DNA from: an uncultured Candidatus Actinomarina sp.
GTDB taxonomy: Bacteria; Actinomycetota; Acidimicrobiia; Actinomarinales; Actinomarinaceae
Assembly (NCBI GenBank): GCA_902609285.1
Contig: CACLRL010000003.1
Coordinates: forward strand, 7,815 to 71,814
Length of the DNA stretch: 64,000 nt
Direction of reading: 5' to 3'
This document shows positions 18,844 to 29,536 of this stretch, piece after piece (positions within the stretch are counted from its first letter, which is position 1; every line of letters begins with the position of its first letter). Position numbers and translations under genes: made by a program. A model generated the notes under the pieces. The model did not search any database, was not told the origin of the DNA, and saw only the letters and a program-made list of their open reading frames with translations.

Positions 18844-20533
18844 TTATTTCCTCAATATATTTTAAATTATATTCAGTTAGTTCATTTTCAAAAATAACAC
18901 TTGGTGCACCAGTTAAAGGATCTAAACCTGATTGCGTTTTAGGGAAAGGAATTACATCCCTTATTGACTCGGTATTTAACATAACAGCAACAAATCTGTC
19001 TATGCCTAGTGCAATTCCTGCATGTTGAGGAGTTCCATAAGACAGAGCTTCTATAAACCATCCAAACCTATTCTTAATATCGTTATCTGACAAACCCCAC
19101 ATTTCGAGTACTTTTGTTTGAATAGACGGATCATTAATTCTTTGTGAACCCGAACCTAGTTCAGATCCATTTAGGACTAAATCATAATGCAATGCTTTTG
19201 AAGAAGTAGGATCCTCTACAAAGCTTGTAACATCTTTTGGTGATGTAAAGGGGTGATGTGACGGCTGTATTTCCCCATCTTCTGTTTCAAAATAAGGAAA
19301 ATCGTAAATCCACAAAAAATTTAACGTATCATCTGGCTTAAAGATTGATCTTCTTAAAATATCAAGAATTGGATATATTTCCTTTGTGCCTGATTGAAAA
19401 ATGAGCATTCCTTCACCAAGTTGTAATATTTCATTTTTTTCATCATCGTTGATAATTTTAGATAAAGGACCGCTAACTTCATTTTTTTCGATCTTAAACC
19501 AACCAAGACCACTGCTACCATTTTCCTTTACTATTTCATCTAATTCATCTATTTGTGATCTAGATAAAATATCTTCTGTAACAAATCCTTTTACAAATCC
19601 ATTATTTTCTAATGCAGACTTTATAAATTTAATTTGAGTTTTTTTAAAGATATTTGTAAAGTCTTGAATTTTATTTTTTATTCTAAGATCAGGCTTATCT
19701 GTACCATATGTTTTTATAGCTTCATCATATGTCATATCTATAAAAGGTATTTCAACTTCCAATTCAAATACGTCAGATAAAAGATTTTTTACTATTGACT
19801 CAGTAACTTCTTTAACTATTTCAGGTGATCCATTCGATATTTCTAAATCAAGTTGAGTAAACTCTGGTTGTCTATCTTTTCTTGAATCTTCATCTCTGTA
19901 ACACTTAGCGATTTGGTAGTATTTGTCAAAACCAGACACCATGAATAATTGTTTATACATTTGAGGTGATTGCGGTAATGCGTAGAAAGAACCGATTTGT
20001 TTACGAGAAGGGACAAGAAAGTCTTTAGCACCCTCTGGCGTTGATTTAGTTAACGTTGGAGTGTCAAGTTCTAAAAATCCTAATTCGTTCATAGTTCCTC
20101 TTATAGATTTAAATGTTTCAGATCGAGTAATAATATTTTTTTTCATATCTTCTCGTCTTAGATCAAGATATCGATATTGAAGTCGTATGTTTTCTTCTGT
20201 ATCAACCGAGTCATCTAATTGAAATGGCAACGTTTTACTTTTTGAAAGAATATTGAAATTTTTAACATTGATCTCAAATTCACCTAAAGCTTGTGATTTA
20301 TTTATCATTGCAGGATCTCTTTTAATAAATTCTCCGTCAATTGATATATAGTATTCTGATTTAAATGTGTCTAACTCAACCTTCTCAGCGTCTAGTACCA
20401 ATTGTATTCTTGAATCTGTGTCTCTTAATTCAATAAATATAAGATTTCCATGATCACGAACACTACTTACCCAACCCATTAAGTTAGTAACTTCACTATT
20501 GGTAGCTTTATTTTTTAACTCTGATATGTTCAT
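18833..20533 (-). CDS. aspS: aspartate--tRNA ligase
   Basis: N-terminal OB fold (GWVSSVRDHGNLIFIELRD), QSPQMYKQLFM, and a GLDR motif at the C-terminus. Confidence 0.95.
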   Translation of the reverse strand: MNISELKNKATNSEVTNLMGWVSSVRDHGNLIFIELRDTDSRIQLVLDAEKVELDTFKSEYYISIDGEFIKRDPAMINKSQALGEFEINVKNFNILSKSKTLPFQLDDSVDTEENIRLQYRYLDLRREDMKKNIITRSETFKSIRGTMNELGFLELDTPTLTKSTPEGAKDFLVPSRKQIGSFYALPQSPQMYKQLFMVSGFDKYYQIAKCYRDEDSRKDRQPEFTQLDLEISNGSPEIVKEVTESIVKNLLSDVFELEVEIPFIDMTYDEAIKTYGTDKPDLRIKNKIQDFTNIFKKTQIKFIKSALENNGFVKGFVTEDILSRSQIDELDEIVKENGSSGLGWFKIEKNEVSGPLSKIINDDEKNEILQLGEGMLIFQSGTKEIYPILDILRRSIFKPDDTLNFLWIYDFPYFETEDGEIQPSHHPFTSPKDVTSFVEDPTSSKALHYDLVLNGSELGSGSQRINDPSIQTKVLEMWGLSDNDIKNRFGWFIEALSYGTPQHAGIALGIDRFVAVMLNTESIRDVIPFPKTQSGLDPLTGAPSVIFENELTEYNLKYIEEINEE

Positions 20534-21702
20534 AATAATTTTCGTAAATTACTTATATTAAACTTCATTGATTCGTTATTGTTAATATTCTTAATAATAT
20601 TTTCAGAACAATTTACAACATAGTCAACATTGTTTTTGATTGCTTCTTTATATTGAGTATTTTCTTTACTGTCTCTAACCGGTAATAAATAATTTATTCC
20701 AGCTTTGTCTAATTTGGAACTAACTAGATTCAAATCAGACAAATTTTGAGCTATCAACATAACTCTTGTTTTAGAAGGAATGGAATTAACAGTATTAATC
20801 AATCTATCTACTCCAAATGCTACGCCTATCCCTGATAATTTTCCTAATCCAAGAATTTCTGAGAGACTATCATACCTACCACCACCACCTACAACTGTTC
20901 CATTAGCTATAAACTCAAAAGTTAAATCATTGTAATAATCTAATCCCCTAACTAGTTTTGGATTTTCAACAAAATCTATATCTTCTATTGTCAATTCTTT
21001 TTTAAAAGTTTCATATTGGGATAATGTTTCATTACTAAGATAGTCATAAATAACTGGTGCTAAATCGATGATTTGATTATCAAACGGATCATTCGAATCA
21101 AGAATTCTCAGTGTATTTTTTCCAATTTTATCTACACTTTCTTTGGATAGTTCTCTTTTATTTTTAGTGAAATACTTATCTAGTTCTCTTATATATTTTT
21201 CACGTTCTTCTTTGGTTCCAATTGTGTTGAGATTTAATTTCGACTTTATGTTTAATAATGACAAAAATCTTATTGAAGATTTCAGTATTTGCAAGTTTGA
21301 GTATTCATCAATCGTTCCAACTATTTCTGCTCCAGCCTGTATGAATTCTCTGTATCGATTTTTTTGAGGATTTTCATACCTAAACATTTTTCCAAAATAT
21401 GAATATTTCTTTGATTCATTCTTAAAAAATTCGTTGTGAAATCTAACTACGCTCGCCGTTGCTTCTGGTCTTAAAACAAGATCTCTATTACCTTTATCTT
21501 TAAATTCATACATTTGTTTTGTAACAATTTCAGAATTTTCACCGATAGACTTATCAAATAACTTTTTATGTTCAATTGTTGGTAATTCTATTAAATCATA
21601 TCCATAGGTATTAAAGGACTTACGGAATATATCATAAATATATAGATACTTTTCAGCCTCCAGCCCGTAAAGGTTTCTTGTACCTTTTACTTGTTCAATC
21701 AT
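20530..21702 (-). CDS. hisS: histidine--tRNA ligase
   Basis: GTRNLYGLEAEK..., RPEATASVVR, GGGRYD. Confidence 0.9.
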   Translation of the reverse strand: MIEQVKGTRNLYGLEAEKYLYIYDIFRKSFNTYGYDLIELPTIEHKKLFDKSIGENSEIVTKQMYEFKDKGNRDLVLRPEATASVVRFHNEFFKNESKKYSYFGKMFRYENPQKNRYREFIQAGAEIVGTIDEYSNLQILKSSIRFLSLLNIKSKLNLNTIGTKEEREKYIRELDKYFTKNKRELSKESVDKIGKNTLRILDSNDPFDNQIIDLAPVIYDYLSNETLSQYETFKKELTIEDIDFVENPKLVRGLDYYNDLTFEFIANGTVVGGGGRYDSLSEILGLGKLSGIGVAFGVDRLINTVNSIPSKTRVMLIAQNLSDLNLVSSKLDKAGINYLLPVRDSKENTQYKEAIKNNVDYVVNCSENIIKNINNNESMKFNISNLRKLL

Positions 21703-22318
21703 TCAAATATTCTCTTACTAACAAATTGTTATTTTTAATTGATTTTACTGTGTCTTTATCTCCGTGTCCGGGATAGACGAGATAATCATTTGGAAATATT
21801 GTAAATACACTATTTAATGAATTGATCATTTCACTGGTATTTCCAGAATATAAATCAGTCCTTCCTATGCCATCTTTAAATACAAAATCCCCAGTAAATA
21901 CAACACCCATATTTGGAAATGCAAAACTCGTACTACCCTTAGTGTGCCCTGGATTACTGTGAACTTTTATATCGTTATTTAAATTATGAATTGAAATTAA
22001 ATCACCTTCATACTTTGATGGATTTAAATTAAGACCTGAAAATCCTTTAAGTTGTTCTTCAGGATTACGTGCTAATTGCTCATCATCCAAATTAATATAT
22101 ATAGAACCGTCAAACGCACTCATACCTAAAGAGTGATCAAAGTGACCATGGGTTAAAAGAGCCCCTCCAATAGTTAAATTTTTTGATTTAATGTAATTCA
22201 ATACGTCACCCAAATCAGGAGGTAAGTCAATGACATAAGAAATACCATCATTTATATCTGGTGTTAATATATAACAATTTGATGTTGTGAAACTGGTGTA
22301 AGTATAAATATCGTCCAA
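21695..22318 (-). CDS. MBL-fold metallo-hydrolase (glyoxalase II-like)
   Basis: LTHGHFDHSLG metal-binding motif. It lies between relA and hisS, as the glyoxalase II-like gene does in Mtb. Confidence 0.7.
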   Translation of the reverse strand: MDDIYTYTSFTTSNCYILTPDINDGISYVIDLPPDLGDVLNYIKSKNLTIGGALLTHGHFDHSLGMSAFDGSIYINLDDEQLARNPEEQLKGFSGLNLNPSKYEGDLISIHNLNNDIKVHSNPGHTKGSTSFAFPNMGVVFTGDFVFKDGIGRTDLYSGNTSEMINSLNSVFTIFPNDYLVYPGHGDKDTVKSIKNNNLLVREYLND

Positions 22319-22320
22319 TT

Positions 22321-24480
22321 TTAACTACCCGGATTTACTCTTTGAACATCAAATACATTTTCAATATTTTTGGCATCGTTAATGATTGAATCGAGTTGTT
22401 CACTACCACTTATTTCTACTTGAAATAATAAAGTAACAATTCGTTTACTGTTGGTTAGTGATTTAGCTACGAGAATATTACCTCCATTATCAGATATTGC
22501 AATGGTTGCATCTCTAAGGAGATAAGGCCTATCTATTGCTTCAATTTCTAACCATACGATAGATCCAGTTTGTGCATTGAAACCCCAGGTGACATCAATG
22601 ATTCTTTCTCCTTTAGAACTATCGATTTTTATATTTAAACAATCAGATCTATGGATAGATATACCATTTGAGATCGTAATAAATCCAAGAATATCATCAC
22701 CTGGTACTGGAACACAACATCTTGCCATTCGTACTTTAATATCATCGTATCCTTCGACAATTACTAATTGATCATCTGTTGTCTGATATTTATCAGGAGA
22801 TAGAATATCTTCTTCTTCAGTAATCTCTTCAGGAAATACAAATTTACGAATTTTATTACCTACATTTGTGATTTTTATATTTCCGTTACCAAGATTTTGA
22901 TATATTGTTTCGTAGTTTGGATATTTTAAAATATTGAGTAGTTCGTTTAAAATAGTTTCTTTATCTGAATAGTTAAAAATTTCGTCATTTTCTTCTAGCC
23001 AAGTATTGAGAATTTGTTTTCCTTTTTGTATATCTTCATCTTTAAGCTGTTTTTGATACCATTGTTTAATTTTAGATCTAGCACGAGTTGTTTTAACAAA
23101 TGATAACCAATCTCTGCTTGGCCCTTTACTATTTTCATTTGTTGTTAATACTTCAATTGTATCCCCTGTGGATAGTGTTGTACTTAAATTTACTAGTTTT
23201 CCATTGATTTTTGCACCAATAAGTTTTTCACCAACCTGAGTATGTACAGAAAATGCAAAATCTACGGGTGTTGATCCTTGCGGTAATGTTATAACATCTC
23301 CTTTTGGTGTTAAACAAAATACTTCGTCTTCATATAGATCTAGTTTCATGTGATTTAAAAATTCATTTGGATCAGGATATTCGGTAGTCAAATCAGATAA
23401 ATCAGATGCCCATTTTTGAACGTCATTTTGTGGTTTTTCTTTATATTTCCAATGAGCAGCAACACCATATTCTGCTCTGTAATGCATATCATGAGTTCTA
23501 ATTTGTATTTCCATTTTTTGACCTGTTTCAGTTAAAACAGTCGTATGAAGACTTTGATATAAATTAAATTTGGGCATTGAAATAAAGTCTTTAAATCTAC
23601 CTAAAACAGGTTGGAAATTAGCATGAATAAGTCCTAGTATTGTGTAACAATTTTTAACGTCATCTGTGAGTATCCTTAAACCTACTAAGTCATTAATTTC
23701 ATTAAATGATAATCCATTATTTATTATTTTTTTGTAAATTGAATAGTTATGTTTCGGGCGTCCAATAACTTCAGCCGATAAAGAATTGTCTGCTAAAAGT
23801 TTATCAATAACTTTTACAGATTTTTTAATATTTTTATCTCTATTAGGAGCAGATTTCTCAATTAAACTTTCAATCTCCATATTTTGATTTTTATGCAACA
23901 GTCCAAAGGATACATCTTCTAATATATGTTTAATGTTTTGGAGCCCAAGTCTATGAGCTAATGGTGCATAAACATACAGTGTTTCACTTGCTATTCGTTC
24001 TTGTTTGTGATCTGCCAAATATTTTATTGTCTTTATATTGTGAAGCCTGTCAGCAAGTTTTAATATAAGAACTCTTATGTCTTTAGACATCGCAATTACC
24101 ATTTTTCTGATAGCTTCAGCTTTTGCTTCTTCGTTGGAGTTGTATTGAATTCTGTCTAGCTTCGTAACTCCATCTACAATATTTGCTACATCAGAGCCAA
24201 ATTCTTTTTTAATGTTTTTATACGTTACATCAGTATCTTCAATAAGGTCGTGTAAAATTGCAGCAATTATTGTTTCTAAATCCATACTTAAATCTGACAA
24301 GTAAAGAGCTACCTGTAAGGGATGAGTAATATAAGGCTCTCCAGAAGCTCTCTTCTGATTCTTATGTCCATCGGAGGCAAAATTATATGCTTTTTCTAAT
24401 AGTTCTTTATCTTTAATGAATTTTGAAGTTAAATCATTAAATAGTTCATCAGCACTTAAGATATCTGAATTTTTAACCAT
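22321..24480 (-). CDS. relA: bifunctional (p)ppGpp synthetase/hydrolase Rel
   Basis: HD domain (HDLIEDT), synthetase domain (ISMPKFNLYQSLHTTV), and TGS/ACT regions. Confidence 0.9.
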   Translation of the reverse strand: MVKNSDILSADELFNDLTSKFIKDKELLEKAYNFASDGHKNQKRASGEPYITHPLQVALYLSDLSMDLETIIAAILHDLIEDTDVTYKNIKKEFGSDVANIVDGVTKLDRIQYNSNEEAKAEAIRKMVIAMSKDIRVLILKLADRLHNIKTIKYLADHKQERIASETLYVYAPLAHRLGLQNIKHILEDVSFGLLHKNQNMEIESLIEKSAPNRDKNIKKSVKVIDKLLADNSLSAEVIGRPKHNYSIYKKIINNGLSFNEINDLVGLRILTDDVKNCYTILGLIHANFQPVLGRFKDFISMPKFNLYQSLHTTVLTETGQKMEIQIRTHDMHYRAEYGVAAHWKYKEKPQNDVQKWASDLSDLTTEYPDPNEFLNHMKLDLYEDEVFCLTPKGDVITLPQGSTPVDFAFSVHTQVGEKLIGAKINGKLVNLSTTLSTGDTIEVLTTNENSKGPSRDWLSFVKTTRARSKIKQWYQKQLKDEDIQKGKQILNTWLEENDEIFNYSDKETILNELLNILKYPNYETIYQNLGNGNIKITNVGNKIRKFVFPEEITEEEDILSPDKYQTTDDQLVIVEGYDDIKVRMARCCVPVPGDDILGFITISNGISIHRSDCLNIKIDSSKGERIIDVTWGFNAQTGSIVWLEIEAIDRPYLLRDATIAISDNGGNILVAKSLTNSKRIVTLLFQVEISGSEQLDSIINDAKNIENVFDVQRVNPGS

Positions 24481-24501
24481 AATTTAATGGTAGTAAGTTT
24501 T

Positions 24502-25407
24502 TTATTTATTAATTATCTTTGATAAAAATGGAATAGTTACGAAGATAGAACTGTAAGTACCAGAAATAATTCCGATAAATAATGGTAATGCAAAATCAGT
24601 TAGCGTACCTGAAAGCCCAATAATGTTACCCAAGAATAATATTGAAGCAATAGGTATTGCAGATGTAATTGAAGTGTTAATACTTCGCATGAGAATCTCA
24701 TTAAAAGTTTTATTTAATGTTTTGATCGATAAATTAGATTCTTTATTTAATCTTTGACTATCTCTTAATTTATCAAACAAAATAACAGTGTCATACAGTG
24801 AATACCCAAGAATAGTTAATAATGCGATAACCGTAGATGGGGTAATTTCAAAATTTAATAAAAGATATATCGAAGTACAAATAAGTAAGTCGTGAATTAA
24901 TGCAATAAGAGCAACAATTGAAAACCTAAATTGGAATCTTATAGATATTAACAAAACTATGAAAGATAGAAAAATAACTAGTGCGCGAATACCGCTACTT
25001 GTTATTTCTTGACCGAAAGTCGGACCAACACGTTGAAATTCTATCTCATTAGGATCTACATCAAATTTATTAGCTAGATAGTTGAGAAATTCCGTTTCCT
25101 CTGATTGGGTTCCTTCAACAGCCCTAAAGAGAATTGTATTTGAATTTTCAAACATTTGGTATCTTGAAACTTCTAATATCTCGTTTGCTAAAATATCATC
25201 AATATCGGATTTTTCATAATCAGAAGAAAATTGATATGTTGTTCCACCAGTAAAATCTACAGAAAAATTTAAATTTAATAATCCAAGTGAAGCACCAACA
25301 AAAACAATTAAAAAGAAAAGAACCTCAATAATTAATACATTCTGTAATATTTTTCTTTTTTCATAAAAATTGATTGATGTATTACCTAAAAATAGATTTT
25401 TAAACAT
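24502..25407 (-). CDS. secF: protein translocase subunit SecF
   Basis: A 301-aa multi-TM protein downstream of secD, with an SSD-like C-terminus. Confidence 0.85.
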   Translation of the reverse strand: MFKNLFLGNTSINFYEKRKILQNVLIIEVLFFLIVFVGASLGLLNLNFSVDFTGGTTYQFSSDYEKSDIDDILANEILEVSRYQMFENSNTILFRAVEGTQSEETEFLNYLANKFDVDPNEIEFQRVGPTFGQEITSSGIRALVIFLSFIVLLISIRFQFRFSIVALIALIHDLLICTSIYLLLNFEITPSTVIALLTILGYSLYDTVILFDKLRDSQRLNKESNLSIKTLNKTFNEILMRSINTSITSAIPIASILFLGNIIGLSGTLTDFALPLFIGIISGTYSSIFVTIPFLSKIINK

Positions 25408-26845
25408 TTGTCATATCCTTATTTTTAATTGGATACATCAATCTTGTATTATTTAATTTACCTGCAATTAAAGGAATTGCGTTTCTTGTATATAACCTTG
25501 TAAATAAAAGATCGAAAATTGTTGCAATACCCAATGCTAAAGCAAAACCTCGAATTGGACCAACAGCGAGAATATATAGTAAAAATGCAGCAGAGATAGA
25601 TACAAAGTCAGCAGTTAAAATTGTTTTCCATGACTCGTCAACTGCTTTATTCGCTGCAAATTCAAAGGATCTACCAATTTTTATCTCATCTTTTAGCTTT
25701 TCAAATGTAACAATATATGAATCTGCCGCCAGCCCAATAGAAACTATAATCCCTGCAATACCAGCCAAAGTAAGAGTAAATCCTTGAAATTCACCAAGTA
25801 ATGAAATAACTGAATAAAATAATAAGCCAAACATTGACAATCCAAATACGGATGCAAATCCAAGTAACCGATAGTAAAGAATAATAATGATAGATATAAT
25901 AACTAAACCGATTAAACCTGCCTGTAGTCCTAGATTTAAAGTATCCTCACCAAGACTTGCTGAAACTTTTTGAATTGATGATCTTTCAAATGAAACTGGT
26001 AATGCACCATAACGTAGAATTACAGCTAAATTATTAGCTGCTTCACCCGTATCAGTATTGCCCATTGAGATAGCAGCTGTTCCTCCCGTAATACCTACAT
26101 CTGGATTCACGTCTAGTGCAATTCCTGGTGCTGATACTATTTCTCCGTCAAGGACAATAGCTAATCTTCTTCTTTCTCCAATTTCATTTGCTAATTTTTT
26201 AGTAAGGTTTGTAAATTTATCCTCAGATTCAGGGTTAAAATCAAGTGATACTATCCATTCATTTTCGGGATAAACAGCAATTGCATCTTCTATATCGCTA
26301 CCTGTTAATTCAGCTGGTCCTAAATGATAAATAACTGGATATCCTTGGTCTATTGAAAGTAAATAAGAATCAAAATTAGGATTGTCTGATATAGTTATAC
26401 CTATTTGTTCATCAACCCCAGGTACAGCAATTTTTGTAGGGTTATCAGGATCATCTTCATTTGGAATATACTGGAATGCCGGTGAATAACCAGTATCAAT
26501 AGATGAATCAAGGACGGGTCTAAAAGTTAATAATCCAGTTGCACCCAATGCCTCAATAGCTCTTTCTTGGTCTGTAACACCAGGAAGCTGAACTAATACG
26601 GCACTATTACCACTAATAGAAATCTCAGGTTCTTGCACATCTCCAAAAGCCTCAATCCTAGTTCTCATTATTTCAACAGCTTTCTGTAAAACTTCTGGAT
26701 CAGTTTCTTCATCTGCAGTAAGTATTACAGATATGCCACCTTGCAAGTCAAGACCTAGTTTCGGTGAAAGACTAGTTTGTTGGACATAAATAAATAAACC
26801 AATAGCAATGAATGGAAGAAAAAGTAATTTAAAGTATCGCTTCAT
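25400..26845 (-). CDS. secD: protein translocase subunit SecD
   Basis: 481 aa: an N-terminal TM segment, a periplasmic domain and a C-terminal 6-TM bundle. Upstream of secF. Confidence 0.85.
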   Translation of the reverse strand: MKRYFKLLFLPFIAIGLFIYVQQTSLSPKLGLDLQGGISVILTADEETDPEVLQKAVEIMRTRIEAFGDVQEPEISISGNSAVLVQLPGVTDQERAIEALGATGLLTFRPVLDSSIDTGYSPAFQYIPNEDDPDNPTKIAVPGVDEQIGITISDNPNFDSYLLSIDQGYPVIYHLGPAELTGSDIEDAIAVYPENEWIVSLDFNPESEDKFTNLTKKLANEIGERRRLAIVLDGEIVSAPGIALDVNPDVGITGGTAAISMGNTDTGEAANNLAVILRYGALPVSFERSSIQKVSASLGEDTLNLGLQAGLIGLVIISIIIILYYRLLGFASVFGLSMFGLLFYSVISLLGEFQGFTLTLAGIAGIIVSIGLAADSYIVTFEKLKDEIKIGRSFEFAANKAVDESWKTILTADFVSISAAFLLYILAVGPIRGFALALGIATIFDLLFTRLYTRNAIPLIAGKLNNTRLMYPIKNKDMTNV

Positions 26846-27093
26846 GAAATATTTTTAATATAAGCTTTTTGGATTTTAATTTCACCTTTTTTAAGAACTA
26901 AGGTAACTGTCGCATCTTCTATTGATGTTACTCGACCATAAACGCCACCATCAGTCATTACGTCATCCCCAATTTTTAAATCTTCTATAAATGCATCATG
27001 TTTTTTAGCTCTTCTTCTTTGAGGCAAATATAGAAGAGTATAAAAAACTACAAAAACTAGAATTATTGGTAATAAATTAATAAATTCATTCAT
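26842..27093 (-). CDS. yajC: preprotein translocase subunit YajC
   Basis: 83 aa, single TM, directly upstream of secD. Confidence 0.8.
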   Translation of the reverse strand: MNEFINLLPIILVFVVFYTLLYLPQRRRAKKHDAFIEDLKIGDDVMTDGGVYGRVTSIEDATVTLVLKKGEIKIQKAYIKNIS

Positions 27094-28162
27094 TTAAGTA
27101 TTCCTTTTTAAAACTATCAAAACTTGAGTTTAATATACTATCCCTAGCTTGTTGAATAATATTTTCAGTTTGAATTATATTATGAACAGTAAGATAAAGC
27201 CACGAAGATGTGTTTTCGTTGACAAATAAATGCCTTAAATATGCTTTAGAAAAACTTACACAGACATAACAATTACAATCTTCATCAATAGGACTTGTGT
27301 CTTTTTCATATCTATTATTTTTGATGTTTATATATTTATTTTTAATAATAAGTTTTCCATGTCTTGCTAAACGAGCAGGCCATACACAGTCAAACATGTC
27401 AACACCAGAATCAATTAGATCTATCAATCCAATTGTGTCACCTAAGCCCATAACATAACGAGGTTTATCAACTGGAAGTACATTAGATAGAAATTCAACA
27501 ACAGATTTTCTTTCATGCCTTGATTCTCCAATAGCTAATCCACCTATTGCATATCCATCGAAATTTAAATCAATCATAGATTTTGCGGATTGTTCCCTTA
27601 GGTTAAGATTTAAACCACCTTGAACAATACCAAATAAACTTTGTCGTGAATTATTGTGTGTTTCTTTTGCTATAAATGCCCATTTTTTTGTTATATCAAT
27701 CGCTTTTTTTTGTTCTTCATCAGTTTTATCAACGTCGATTAAACAATCAAAAATCATTGCTATATCACTTCCGAGCAAGTTCTGAGTTTTTATTGAATCT
27801 TGAGGAGTTAGTTTAAAGTACGACCCGTCATAAACGTTTTTAAATTCAACTCCATCATCATATAATTTTGTTGGTAATGACCATGCTTGAAAGCCTCCTG
27901 AATCGGTAAGAATTAATTTATCCCAATTCATAAATTTATGTAAGCCACCATGATTACTAATTATTTTGGGTCCAGGACGTAAATGTAAATGATAAGCATT
28001 TGCCAATAAAATAGAAGTTTTATTTAAATATTCGTGTGGTGTTGATTTTATAGTTCCTCTTGTAGCAACAGGCATAAATGTAGGAGTTTCAACTTTATTC
28101 CCATTTAATGAAAGTAGACCTGCCCTAGCTTTCTTATCTGTTTTGACTATTTCAAATTTCAT
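27086..28162 (-). CDS. tgt: queuine tRNA-ribosyltransferase
   Basis: TPTFMPVATRGTIK..., LGGLAIGES..., and the zinc motif CNCYVC. Confidence 0.9.
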   Translation of the reverse strand: MKFEIVKTDKKARAGLLSLNGNKVETPTFMPVATRGTIKSTPHEYLNKTSILLANAYHLHLRPGPKIISNHGGLHKFMNWDKLILTDSGGFQAWSLPTKLYDDGVEFKNVYDGSYFKLTPQDSIKTQNLLGSDIAMIFDCLIDVDKTDEEQKKAIDITKKWAFIAKETHNNSRQSLFGIVQGGLNLNLREQSAKSMIDLNFDGYAIGGLAIGESRHERKSVVEFLSNVLPVDKPRYVMGLGDTIGLIDLIDSGVDMFDCVWPARLARHGKLIIKNKYINIKNNRYEKDTSPIDEDCNCYVCVSFSKAYLRHLFVNENTSSWLYLTVHNIIQTENIIQQARDSILNSSFDSFKKEYLNE

Positions 28163-29163
28163 TTATTTGTTATTTTAAAGAGTACAGCATCACCAAAACT
28201 TAAAAATTTTAATTTTTTTTTAAGTGCATAGCTATATAGTTCTTTCCAATTATCTCCATATATTGCGTGAACAATTGAAATTAAAGTACTTTTTGGAGCA
28301 TGAAAATTAGTGATTAAATAGTCTGCAATATTAAATTTAAAATCTTTAGTAATAAATAAATCGGTTGAACCCTTTAATACAGACGTAATATTTACATACT
28401 CCAATGCTCTTAACGTTGTAGTCCCAACGCAGTAAACTTTATATCCGTTTTTTTTCTTTTTAATAATATTTTCATATGTATTTTTTTTAATCTCATAATT
28501 TTCAGAATGAATATTAAAATCTTCAACATAATCAGAAGAGATGGGCTTAAAAGTACCAAGTCCTATGTCTAGATTTATGTAATCAATTTCTATACCTTTG
28601 TCTGTTAATTTGTCGAAAATATCAGGTGTAAAATGTAAACCAGCTGTAGATGATGCTGTAGAAAAACCTTTCTTGCTAAAAAAGTTTTTATAATATTTAT
28701 ATTTATGTTTCTCGTCAATGATGTACGGAGGTAAGGGAGTAATTCCAAAATTTTGAATAATATCAACTACTGAAGTAGAAAATATAACCTTAAACTTGTC
28801 TTCTACTTGTGAAACTAGTGTTATATTAAAATTCTCAAGTATGATTTCTTCATTAAGTTTCTTTTTTCCACTAGTTTTTATAAGACATAGTGCAGTGTTT
28901 TCATTTAAAATTTCTAATATAAAAATTTCAAAATGTCCCCCAGTTTTTATCTTTCGTGTTCTGATTCTTACATCAACTACCTGCGAAGAATTAAATATTA
29001 TTAAAGATTTTGAATCTATTATTTTATTTATATCTGAAAATTTATAAATTTCTTTTGTGGAAGCATCAAGTAACTTTGAATCTTCTGGGTTTTTATATGG
29101 TTCTTGAGCTATAGAATCAATAGGTAATTCATAATCTAATTCAGATACTGGTGTTTTATCCAC
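28159..29163 (-). CDS. queA: S-adenosylmethionine:tRNA ribosyltransferase-isomerase
   Basis: LSELDYELPIDSIAQEP at the N-terminus and a GTTTLRALE-type C-terminus (VGTTTLRALE). Confidence 0.85.
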   Translation of the reverse strand: MDKTPVSELDYELPIDSIAQEPYKNPEDSKLLDASTKEIYKFSDINKIIDSKSLIIFNSSQVVDVRIRTRKIKTGGHFEIFILEILNENTALCLIKTSGKKKLNEEIILENFNITLVSQVEDKFKVIFSTSVVDIIQNFGITPLPPYIIDEKHKYKYYKNFFSKKGFSTASSTAGLHFTPDIFDKLTDKGIEIDYINLDIGLGTFKPISSDYVEDFNIHSENYEIKKNTYENIIKKKKNGYKVYCVGTTTLRALEYVNITSVLKGSTDLFITKDFKFNIADYLITNFHAPKSTLISIVHAIYGDNWKELYSYALKKKLKFLSFGDAVLFKITNK

Positions 29164-29517
29164 TTATTTTTTTAGCAAGCTAATAAACAAATCATAAGAC
29201 ATAGAAACGACTTCTGGCATACCATCGCTACTGCGTCTTTTATTGCCTGTTTGTCTTTTTAATTTTTTCCAAAATAAGACAGTATTTTTATCTCCAGATT
29301 TTTCTAATGCTTTTTCTAACGACTGATGAATGTTTAAATTTTGTCTTGATTTTGCTTCTATATAATATTCGACTCCATCAACAAATAGTTGTATATCGCC
29401 AAGATCATTTGAACCACCCTCAGCAAATCTTTGAGCTTTCATATTCGAATTTTTGTTTAATCTTTTGACAATATTTGTTTCGTAAGTAGTACCCTGTTTT
29501 TTTGCTTTATTAACCAC
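29164..29517 (-). CDS. PD-(D/E)XK endonuclease of the YraN (UPF0102) / archaeal-Hjc-like family
   Basis: 117 aa. G..YE...RL, then ...AEGGSNDLGDIQLF...EYYIEAKSR gives an E...D...E-x-K pattern and spacing like YraN/Hjc nucleases. The assignment comes from remembered family motifs and not from a search. Confidence 0.45.
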   Translation of the reverse strand: MVNKAKKQGTTYETNIVKRLNKNSNMKAQRFAEGGSNDLGDIQLFVDGVEYYIEAKSRQNLNIHQSLEKALEKSGDKNTVLFWKKLKRQTGNKRRSSDGMPEVVSMSYDLFISLLKK

Positions 29518-29536
29518 AGACTAATTGTAGCTAAAT

